This document shows positions 1 to 5,727 of a DNA stretch of 5,727 bases, in pieces. The stretch is from a virus (taxonomy: Duplodnaviria; Heunggongvirae; Uroviricota; Caudoviricetes), in IMG/VR virus record IMGVR_UViG_2706794678_000004; one strand, 5' to 3'. Positions within the stretch are counted from its first letter, which is position 1. Every line of letters starts with the position of its first letter. The notes under the pieces are model-generated. The model was not told the DNA's origin. It worked only from the letters and a program-made list of their open reading frames with translations, and did no database searches. Made by a program: the position numbers and the translations under genes.

Positions 1-167
1 ACGGCAGCAAGCCAGTAATGGGTTAAGTGATAACAGGTGTCTGGAAATATAGGGGCAAATCCAGCGTTCATCAGCCCCCGCATTGCCGACAGGATCACAG
101 ACGGGGGGCGCAACTGGTTGTCGTTCAACTGGCCCAGCTACCGTTCTTGTATCAGAGGTGTGGCTGC

Positions 168-1559
168 ATGACAACACCAGTCTGGCGTAATGATGACCTG
201 GAAGGCGCTGTCATTGGCGCATTCTTTCTGCGTGGGGCAGATCATGAAGTGATGGATATTCTGATCACACTACCGGCGGACATTTTTTCTGTACGAGCGT
301 ATCGGGATATCTACACAGGCATCTGCAGACAGGCCCGTGTTTCAGGAGTGATTGACCCCGTGCTGTTGTGTAATGAGATGCCGGAACTTGCCCCGGTGAT
401 TACTGATACCGGGCGTAAAACCTGGGTGAAGTCTTCACTGGAGCACTATGTTGCAGCGTTGCGGCGCAATGCCGCACTGCGCGATGCAGAAAAAACACTG
501 AATGAGGCGCTGCAGAAATTACGTGATGCGCATACCTGTGAAGCAGCTGAAGATGCCCTGAAGGATGCGCAGAACATGATGGTCACACTGTCGACAGGAA
601 AGGGCGTCATTCAGCCGGTACATATTGATGATGTGCTTCCGGAAGTGGTTGAGCGTGTTGAATGCCGGAATCAGGGGCTGGAGAAATCCAGGACGTTGAT
701 GACCGGTATTGATGAACTGGACGCAAAAACAGGCGGTATGGAGCCCGGAGACCTGGTATTCATTGCCGCCCGTCCTTCGATGGGGAAAACCGAACTTGCG
801 CTGGACATCATCGACAAGGTGACTGAGCAGGGGCATGGTGTGCTTCTGTTCACCATGGAGATGGCGAACATCCAGATTGGTGAACGTATGGTGTCTGCGG
901 CTGGAGGGATGCCAGTATCACGCCTGAAATCTGTGGCTCACTTTGAAGATGAAGACTGGGCGCGTTTCTCACAAGGGGTGGGGCGGATGACCGGGCGCAA
1001 TATCTGGATGGTGGACCAGGCGAACCTGACCATTGATGAGATATGCGCAACAACGAAACACCATCTGATTAAACATCCGGAAACGGCGCTGGTGGTGGTT
1101 GATTATCTCGGGCTGATAAAAACCCGAACCACGGGGCGTCATGACCTTGCCGTGGGTGAAATCTCAAAGGGGCTTAAAGGCCTGGCAAAATCCGGTGGTT
1201 TTCCGTTGATTGCGCTGAGCCAGCTCTCCCGCGGTGTGGAGTCCAGACCCAATAAACGTCCCATGAACTCAGACCTGAAAAATTCCGGAGAAATAGAGGC
1301 GGATGCAGACATCATTCTGATGCTTTACAGGGATGAAGTGTACAACCCGGATACACAGGCTACAGGCATAGCAGAAATTAATATCACGAAACAACGTAAC
1401 GGTTCTCTGGGGACGATTTACCGGCGTTTTTATAACGGACATTTTCTGCCTGTGGACCAGGAAAGCGCACAGGTTCTTTCCACCCCAATGCGGCAGCCCC
1501 AGCCGCGCAGATACAGCAATACACGTACCGACAGCAGTAAGATGGAGCGTTTCTTTTGA
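168..1559 (+). CDS. Replicative DNA helicase, DnaB family (phage replication module)
   Basis: The reading frame is open from 27, but the ATG at 168 is preceded by AGAGGTG (154-160) at about 9 nt and gives 463 aa, a typical DnaB length. The 47 residues upstream are Cys/Arg/Gln-rich and unlike DnaB. Motifs read directly: 'DLVFIAARPSMGKTELALD' (Walker A-like), 'FEDEDWARFS', 'LIALSQLSRGVESRPNKRPMNSDLKNSGEIEADADIILMLYRDEVY' (DnaB C-terminal RecA-like domain). Stop TGA at 1557-1559. Confidence 0.85.
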   Translation: MTTPVWRNDDLEGAVIGAFFLRGADHEVMDILITLPADIFSVRAYRDIYTGICRQARVSGVIDPVLLCNEMPELAPVITDTGRKTWVKSSLEHYVAALRRNAALRDAEKTLNEALQKLRDAHTCEAAEDALKDAQNMMVTLSTGKGVIQPVHIDDVLPEVVERVECRNQGLEKSRTLMTGIDELDAKTGGMEPGDLVFIAARPSMGKTELALDIIDKVTEQGHGVLLFTMEMANIQIGERMVSAAGGMPVSRLKSVAHFEDEDWARFSQGVGRMTGRNIWMVDQANLTIDEICATTKHHLIKHPETALVVVDYLGLIKTRTTGRHDLAVGEISKGLKGLAKSGGFPLIALSQLSRGVESRPNKRPMNSDLKNSGEIEADADIILMLYRDEVYNPDTQATGIAEINITKQRNGSLGTIYRRFYNGHFLPVDQESAQVLSTPMRQPQPRRYSNTRTDSSKMERFF

Positions 1560-1813
1560 ACAACCAGACAATGACTTTTACCTCTGAACAATTGCGTAAA
1601 CACGCGCAGGAAATGTTGCGACAGGCGGAACAACTGGAAAAAACAGGTGTAACAAAAGATGCCATTCGTCGGGATATGGTGCCAGCGCTCAGGGAACTGA
1701 TGCAGGCGAAACATCGCGCACAAAAAGCGGTGGATGAGCTCGTTGATTGTGTGGCAGAGCTGGAAACCAAAGTTGGAAAGTTTGAAAAAATGGTGCAGGA
1801 GGTGCTGCGCTGA
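1556..1813 (+). CDS. Small hypothetical phage protein (predicted coiled-coil, 80-85 aa)
   Basis: ORF in the six-frame track. A TTG at 1556 overlaps the helicase stop (tTTGA) with GGAG at 1544-1547 about 8 nt upstream; the first ATG is at 1571 with no obvious SD. Charged, heptad-like composition (EQLRKHAQEMLRQAEQLEK...ELETKVGKFEKMVQEVL). Its stop TGA (1811-1813) overlaps the rusA ATG (TGATG). No family recognised. Confidence 0.5.
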   Translation: MNNQTMTFTSEQLRKHAQEMLRQAEQLEKTGVTKDAIRRDMVPALRELMQAKHRAQKAVDELVDCVAELETKVGKFEKMVQEVLR

Positions 1814-2184
1814 TGCGCCATGAGTTTATTTTACCTTATCCGCCGACGGTGAATACTTACTGGCGACGTCGTGGCAGCACATATTTTGTATCAAAAGTTG
1901 GTGAGCGTTATCGCCGTGATGTGACGCTAATTGTTCGCCAGCAGCGGCTGAAATTAAACCTGTCCGGAAGGCTGGCGATAAAGATTATTGCAGAGCCACC
2001 GGATAAGCGCCGTCGTGACCTGGACAATATCCTGAAAGCACCACTGGATGCGCTGACGCATGCCGGACTACTCATAGACGACGAGCAGTTTGATGAAATC
2101 AATATTGTGCGCGGTCAGCTCGTTCCTGGTGGGCGACTGGGCGTGAAGATTTATGAAATCACAGGTGATAACGATGGCGCGTGA
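1813..2184 (+). CDS. rusA: Crossover junction endodeoxyribonuclease RusA (Holliday junction resolvase)
   Basis: 123 aa; '[15 protein letters not shown]' and '[30 protein letters not shown]' closely resemble the E. coli RusA family as recalled (…DRRRRDLDN…DALT…DD). ATG at 1813 is coupled to the upstream stop. Confidence 0.9.
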   Translation: MRHEFILPYPPTVNTYWRRRGSTYFVSKVGERYRRDVTLIVRQQRLKLNLSGRLAIKIIAEPPDKRRRDLDNILKAPLDALTHAGLLIDDEQFDEINIVRGQLVPGGRLGVKIYEITGDNDGA

Positions 2185-2560
2185 TATTCAGCAGGTTATG
2201 GAACGGTGGGGGGCTTGGGCTGCAAACACTCATGAAGATGTATCCTGGGCGTCGATCGCTGCTGGTTTTAAAGGGTTAATTCCGTCGAAAGTGAAATCAC
2301 GCCCTCAGTGTTCTGATGATGATGCAATGATAATTTGTGGCTGTATGGCCCGGTTGAACAAGAAAAATCAGGATTTGCACGATTTGCTGGTGGATTATTA
2401 CGTAGGTGGAATGACTTTTATGAGTCTGGCACGGAAACATGGGTGTTCGGATACCTGTATTGGCAAGCGCCTGCAGAAAGCGGAAGGGGTTATTGATGGC
2501 ATGTTGATGATGCTTGATATCCGGCTGGAGATGGACAGATACGTAGAACGAATTATGTAG
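2174..2560 (+). CDS. Q: Late-gene antitermination protein Q (small QuuD/YbcQ-type)
   Basis: The ATG at 2174 is preceded by AGGTGA (2163-2168) and overlaps the rusA 3' end by 11 nt. 128 aa '[61 protein letters not shown]...[26 protein letters not shown]' matches the DLP12 QuuD-type Q antiterminator as recalled. Position immediately upstream of a promoter/terminator pair and the lysis module fits. The track ORF start at 2153 lies inside rusA and is less likely. Confidence 0.85.
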   Translation: MARDIQQVMERWGAWAANTHEDVSWASIAAGFKGLIPSKVKSRPQCSDDDAMIICGCMARLNKKNQDLHDLLVDYYVGGMTFMSLARKHGCSDTCIGKRLQKAEGVIDGMLMMLDIRLEMDRYVERIM

Positions 2561-2564
2561 GTGC

Positions 2565-2594
2565 TTGACCAGACACATTGTCCGGGGCTATATT
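2565..2594 (+). promoter_or_regulatory. Candidate late promoter (PR'-like): TTGACC-18 nt-TATATT
   Basis: -35 TTGACC at 2565-2570, 18-nt spacer, -10 TATATT at 2589-2594, starting 5 nt after the Q stop codon. Predicted transcript start near 2601-2603; the leader begins with hairpin CGCCAG-caaaat-CTGGCG (2602-2619). Confidence 0.45.
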
Positions 2595-2655
2595 CCTCAC
2601 GCGCCAGCAAAATCTGGCGTCGGGATTGGAACCCCGGATAGAGACCGCGACAGAC

Positions 2656-2680
2656 ACACGCCGCGAGCGTGTTTTTTATT
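2656..2680 (+). terminator. Intrinsic terminator (tR'-like) ending a ~75 nt leader RNA
   Basis: Stem ACACGC (2656-2661), loop cgcga, stem GCGTGT (2667-2672), followed by a run of six T then ATT (2672-2680). Confidence 0.5.
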
Positions 2681-2805
2681 GTCGTATGCACGCGCACATC
2701 TGAATTATGGTGGGGCGCATGGGGGAGCTGAAAAGCTCGCCGGTCGGTTTCCCGGTAGTTCCAACCCTGTGCGTCTCACCACCCGATGATTGGAACCTGA
2801 CGGTG

Positions 2806-2834
2806 TTGACAGTTTCAGGTTTGCAGTTTACATT
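2806..2834 (+). promoter_or_regulatory. Second candidate sigma70 promoter (consensus -35 TTGACA)
   Basis: TTGACA at 2806-2811, 17-nt spacer, TACATT at 2829-2834 (4/6 match to TATAAT). Function unclear; it may be the true late promoter or a promoter for the downstream ORF6N gene. Confidence 0.3.
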
Positions 2835-2869
2835 TCCCCGCGGTGCTCAAAACACCTCGAAAGCGGTAT

Positions 2870-2897
2870 CCACACCCGATAGCCATGTGGTTTTTTT
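2870..2897 (+). terminator. Candidate intrinsic terminator
   Basis: CCACA (2870-2874) ... TGTGG (2886-2890) stem with an 11-nt loop, followed by seven T (2891-2897). The loop is longer than ideal. Confidence 0.35.
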
Positions 2898-3040
2898 GTG
2901 TCCAGAATTCTTGGTTTATGACCGGGTGTGCGGCTAATACAATACCAGCAATGGAAATACGCCCGCCGACTTTCGACGGTTTTGAGCGCCCGGTCACCCT
3001 CTCAAAAGGGGTAAATCAAAATATTCGAAAGGACATGTCT

Positions 3041-3604
3041 ATGAATCGCACGTCTATTGAAAAACTCCCGTCACTTACGCATAACCATCTTCCTGTCATG
3101 ACAACAGAGCTGCTGGCTGATTTGTACGGAACAGAGCGCCAGCGTTTGACAAACAATTTCAATCGAAACAAAGAACGGTTTATAGAAGGTAAACATTTTT
3201 TCCTGATAGAAGGTGATGCGTTACGAGAGTTGAAGAACGAAAACTCTTTAAGAGTTTCTGTGAAAATTGCCCGTAACGTTCGCTCCCTCATCCTCTGGAC
3301 AGAACGTGGCGCAGCCCGTCACGCCAAAATGCTCGAAACCGATCAGGCGTGGGAAGTGTTCGAAAAACTGGAAGACTGTTATTTCAACCAGAAACAGCCA
3401 CCAGCGGCACAAAACACATCTATCGAAAATGATGGATGCGCATTACTGAGCCACTTCGATAAACACGGTCAGGTTGAGTTCACGGAAAAGGTACCCGCCG
3501 ATGCGATGGTATGTACTCTGGAACGGTTTAAATTTTATCTGGAGCAACACGGGTGGATCGTTGCCCGTAAAGAGCAACTGGTGGAGCGGTTGATGCGGTT
3601 TTAA
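3041..3604 (+). CDS. ORF6N-domain protein (phage antirepressor / Rha-like DNA-binding family), 187 aa
   Basis: The ATG at 3041 is preceded by AAGGA (3027-3031) at 9 nt; the 66 codons upstream in the same frame (from 2843) are Cys/Trp-rich and overlap the promoter/terminator region. 'LPVMTTELLADLYGTERQRLTNNFNRNKERFIEGKHFFLIEGDALRELK...LWTERGAARHAKMLETDQAWEVFEKLEDCYF' matches the ORF6N domain pattern as recalled (V-LDsdLAeLYG-etk-LN--v-RN--RF-e-F-L---E...fTE-Ga--ls--l-sd-A). Stop TAA at 3602-3604. Confidence 0.65.
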   Translation: MNRTSIEKLPSLTHNHLPVMTTELLADLYGTERQRLTNNFNRNKERFIEGKHFFLIEGDALRELKNENSLRVSVKIARNVRSLILWTERGAARHAKMLETDQAWEVFEKLEDCYFNQKQPPAAQNTSIENDGCALLSHFDKHGQVEFTEKVPADAMVCTLERFKFYLEQHGWIVARKEQLVERLMRF

Positions 3605-3680
3605 AAATTTTTTCCGAAAACTTTACGATCGTAAAAAGTTGAATATCCTGTTAAGAGTGGTTACTACGCCACACAGCTTA

Positions 3681-3705
3681 AACCCGCCGATGAGCGGGTT
3701 TTTTT
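3681..3705 (+). terminator. Intrinsic terminator downstream of the ORF6N gene
   Basis: AAACCCGC (3681-3687 core CCCGC), loop cgatga, GCGGG (3694-3698), followed by seven T (3699-3705). Confidence 0.65.
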
Positions 3706-3755
3706 ATACCTGAAAAACGGCACAGGACGTTAAACGTGCTGGTGGTCAGATGAGT

Positions 3756-3784
3756 TTGCAGATGTGATGACATATGGTTATTAT
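3756..3784 (+). promoter_or_regulatory. Candidate promoter for the tRNA array
   Basis: TTGCAG (3756-3761), 17-nt spacer, TATTAT (3779-3784); the -10 ends 9 nt before the first tRNA 5' end (3794). Confidence 0.3.
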
Positions 3785-3793
3785 TCTGCCTCC

Positions 3794-3870
3794 GGCCCTT
3801 TAGCTCAGTTGGTCAGAGCGAGCGACTCATAATCGCCAGGTCGCTGGTTCAAGTCCAGCAAGGGCCACCA
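3794..3870 (+). tRNA. ileZ: tRNA-Ile2 (anticodon CAT, lysidine type; ileX/ileZ-like), CCA encoded
   Basis: Cloverleaf read by hand: acceptor GGCCCTT/AAGGGCC, D-stem GCTC/GAGC, anticodon loop CTCATAA (CAT at 3828-3830), T-arm GCTGG-TTCAAGT-CCAGC, discriminator A, CCA 3868-3870. Closely resembles E. coli ileX as recalled; tRNA-Met cannot be excluded from the anticodon alone. Confidence 0.85.
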
Positions 3871-3871
3871 A

Positions 3872-3948
3872 CCACCACTAGCTCATCCGGATAGAGCATC
3901 AACCTTCTAAGTTGACGGTGCGAGGTTCGAGTCCTCGGTGGTGGGCCA
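3872..3948 (+). tRNA. argN: tRNA-Arg (anticodon TCT), CCA encoded
   Basis: Acceptor CCACCAC/GTGGTGG (unusual C1-G72), D-stem GCTC/GAGC, anticodon stem TCAAC/GTTGA with loop CTTCTAA (TCT at 3906-3908), T-arm CGAGG-TTCGAGT-CCTCG, discriminator G, CCA 3946-3948. Confidence 0.8.
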
Positions 3949-3950
3949 GC

Positions 3951-4026
<76 letters not shown>

Positions 4027-4029
4027 TAT

Positions 4030-4104
<75 letters not shown>

Positions 4105-4548
4105 GCGAGATTTGAGACGAAGGTTGTTATTTGCACTGACACAATATTGTGTGGGAATGTCTGACTCCTTACCATCTCCTGTTCTGTGATGTTGTTTTGT
4201 TGCAGTTCCAGTGCTCTTTTTTCAGCACCAGAATGGTGCATTGTCGGTCAGGTTACGTAGTGAACCTCTGGCAGGGGACTGATGATTCATCATTCTGGTG
4301 TTGTAAATATCTCTTCGGACAACTTACAAAATATTCTAAGCAAACCCCGGGAACACACTCTTAACTGCCTTGGCTGGCGGTTTTTTGTACAGCGCTCGGT
4401 ATGTGTGAGCTGGAAATCAGATTTTGCATGGACTGGAATCATGCTGTTATTTAGGGGCGAAGAACTGGCTTTTTCTTCCGCCTTCTCACCAGTAACGATT
4501 AGAAAAATAATGAAATGCCCCCCTCCGGGGAGGAGGACCGTAGAAAAA

Positions 4549-4811
4549 NNNNNNNNNNNNNNNNNNNNNNNNNNNNNNNNNNNNNNNNNNNNNNNNNNNN
4601 NNNNNNNNNNNNNNNNNNNNNNNNNNNNNNNNNNNNNNNNNNNNNNNNNNNNNNNNNNNNNNNNNNNNNNNNNNNNNNNNNNNNNNNNNNNNNNNNNNNN
4701 NNNNNNNNNNNNNNNNNNNNNNNNNNNNNNNNNNNNNNNNNNNNNNNNNNNNNNNNNNNNNNNNNNNNNNNNNNNNNNNNNNNNNNNNNNNNNNNNNNNN
4801 NNNNNNNNNNN
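4549..4811. other. Run of 263 N (assembly/scaffold gap or masked sequence)
   Basis: Uninterrupted n characters. All track ORFs crossing it (4282-4845 +, 4290-4823 -, 4515-4853 +, and the X-containing part of 4486-4992 -) are artefacts inside the N run. Confidence 0.99.
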
Positions 4812-4992
4812 GTATCTGACCATGTTGTTTCAGGTCAGATATTAGCGACCTGAGTTTGTTTTCGTCGTTGGGTAATGCTTTATCGAACAGGCGTTTACCT
4901 GAACGATTAATGGCAACAGCGTGATGCGTATCTTTACCGACATCAACGCCGATAAAGACCTGGACGGATTCGTAATCGCTGGATTCGGTCAT
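4812..4992 (-). CDS. IS110-family (DEDD/Piv-type) transposase-recombinase, N-terminal 60 codons only (5' partial; rest lost in the N run)
   Basis: Minus-strand ATG (complement of 4990-4992) with GGGAG SD about 6 nt upstream. 'MTESSDYESVQVFIGVDVGKDTHHAVAINRSGKRLFDKALPNDENKLRSLISDLKQHG' has the IS110-family N-terminal signature (hydrophobic-G-[IV]-D-V-[GS]-K with the first catalytic Asp, then NDE..L..L as in IS900/IS110 recalled). Confidence 0.7.
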
Positions 4993-5205
4993 TCTGTCTC
5001 CCTTGTATATGGGTTAACCAGATAACCACGGGGAGCAGGTACCGGCATCCACGTTACAGACGGTCCCGGCAAAAGTGCCTGACCTGACCCCTATTAGCGG
5101 TTACCAGCGCCCCACCAGACCCGGTGACATCACCCCCCGGATCATGGACGACTGGGGGCAGTAATCATGCCGGGTCTGGCTGGCTAACACCCCATTATAA
5201 GGGGT
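4812..5205 (-). mobile_element. IS110-family insertion sequence, partial (recombinase 5' end plus upstream non-coding end); boundaries not determinable
   Basis: Recombinase N-terminus plus about 200 nt of GC-rich, stem-rich sequence upstream of it (4993 to about 5205). IS110 elements lack terminal inverted repeats, so the junction with phage DNA before the holin start (5230) cannot be placed by eye. Confidence 0.4.
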
Positions 5206-5229
5206 ACGAATAAAGTAACGGGGCGGGAT

Positions 5230-5445
5230 ATGTATCAGATGGAAAAAATATCAACAGGCATTGCCTACGGCACCTCCGCCGGCAGTGCCGGCTACTGGTT
5301 TTTGCAGTGGTTGGATCAGGTCAGTCCATCACAGTGGGCTGCGATTGGTGTGCTGGGAAGTCTGCTTCTGGGGCTTCTGACTTATCTGACAAATCTGTAT
5401 TTCAAAATAAGAGAAGACAAGCGTAAGGCTGCGAGAGGTGAATAA
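5230..5445 (+). CDS. S: Class II holin, S21-type pinholin with dual start (Met1/Met4)
   Basis: 71 aa '[71 protein letters not shown]' is near-identical to the phage 21 S21 pinholin as recalled. Two TMDs, with a Gly/Ala/Ser-rich TMD1. Stop TAA at 5443-5445 overlaps the next ATG (TAATG). Confidence 0.9.
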   Translation: MYQMEKISTGIAYGTSAGSAGYWFLQWLDQVSPSQWAAIGVLGSLLLGLLTYLTNLYFKIREDKRKAARGE

Positions 5446-5727
5446 TGTCGCCATCATTACGCAAGGCTGTTGCAGCTGCTATTGGTGGTGGGGCTGTTGC
5501 TATAGCATCTGTGTTAATCACTGGCCCAGGTGGTAACGATGGTCTGGAAGGTGTCAGCTACATACCATACAAAGATATCATTGGTGTATGGACTGTATGT
5601 CACGGACACACCGGAAAAGACATCATGCTCGGTAAAACGTATACCGAAGCAGAATGCAAAGCCCTCCTGAATAAAGACCTTGCCACTGTCGCCAGACAAA
5701 TTAACCCGTACATCAAAGTCGATATAC
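5445..5727 (+). CDS. R: SAR endolysin (R21-like lysozyme), 3' truncated by window end
   Basis: Hand translation from the ATG at 5445: '[94 protein letters not shown]'. The N-terminal Gly/Ala-rich weakly hydrophobic segment is a signal-anchor-release (SAR) domain, followed by a lysozyme domain start resembling phage 21 R as recalled. It is absent from the ORF track because no stop lies within the window. Confidence 0.85.
   Translation, partial: MSPSLRKAVAAAIGGGAVAIASVLITGPGGNDGLEGVSYIPYKDIIGVWTVCHGHTGKDIMLGKTYTEAECKALLNKDLATVARQINPYIKVDI

Noticed and set aside
27-167. In-frame N-terminal extension making the helicase ORF 510 aa (track start at 27, GTG)
   Set aside because: The extension is Cys/Arg/Gln-rich, unlike DnaB N-termini, has no SD, and the ATG at 168 has a good SD and gives a canonical 463-aa DnaB. 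27-167 is more likely the intergenic or 3' region of the upstream replication gene.
519-1821. Minus-strand ORFs inside the helicase gene (519-836, 671-871, 850-1053, 1269-1571, 1384-1821, 1430-1723)
   Set aside because: Antisense to a well-supported helicase CDS; low-complexity Ser/Cys/Arg-rich translations; no recognisable domains.
1908-2697. Minus-strand ORFs 1908-2102, 2297-2578 and 2398-2697 opposite rusA and Q
   Set aside because: Shadow ORFs antisense to confident genes, with His/Cys/Ile-rich unstructured translations.
2565-2937. Plus-strand ORFs 2565-2789 and 2707-2937 and the N-terminal extension of ORF 2843-3604
   Set aside because: They lie across promoter, terminator and hairpin elements, lack SD sequences, and have Gly/Pro/Arg- or Cys/Trp-rich translations. 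The ORF6N gene most plausibly starts at 3041.
2815-3449. ORFs 2815-2997 (-), 3016-3291 (-) and 3267-3449 (+)
   Set aside because: Overlap the ORF6N gene or its upstream regulatory region in other frames; no support beyond being open.
4211-4228. Hairpin GTGCT-cttttttc-AGCAC as a terminator for the tRNA operon
   Set aside because: The T-run is inside the loop rather than after the stem, and neither strand has a 3' U-tract, so it is not a canonical intrinsic terminator.
4105-4548. Shiga toxin (stxA/stxB) or another toxin gene immediately after the tRNA array
   Set aside because: No reading frame in either strand resembles StxA/StxB, which I compared from memory; the longest ORF (4149-4364 +) is low-complexity and lacks an SD. 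The region is too short for stxAB even including the N run at face value.
5514-5699. Minus-strand ORF 5514-5699
   Set aside because: Antisense to the SAR endolysin coding sequence, which is strongly supported by similarity to R21.

Overview
This window looks like the late-control / cargo / lysis junction of a lambdoid enterobacterial prophage with Stx-phage-like gene order, but no Shiga toxin genes are visible. On the + strand it runs: DnaB-family replicative helicase (3' end of the replication module), a small coiled-coil ORF, RusA Holliday-junction resolvase, a small QuuD-type Q antiterminator, a candidate late promoter with a short terminated leader, an ORF6N-domain (antirepressor-like) gene, an intrinsic terminator, and four tightly packed tRNA genes (Ile2-CAU, Arg-UCU, Thr-UGU, Gly-UCC). 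After the tRNAs come about 440 bp with no convincing ORF, a 263-base N run (4549-4811), and on the - strand the first 60 codons of an IS110-family (DEDD) recombinase preceded by a GC-rich, stem-rich leader. The window ends with an S21-type pinholin with a dual start and a SAR endolysin cut off by the window edge. The most interesting part is the cargo slot between the tRNA array and the holin: it holds the IS110-type element, whose leader is a candidate bridge-RNA-like ncRNA, and the N run hides the rest of the slot. All calls are from reading the sequence and from memory of protein families; no searches were run.
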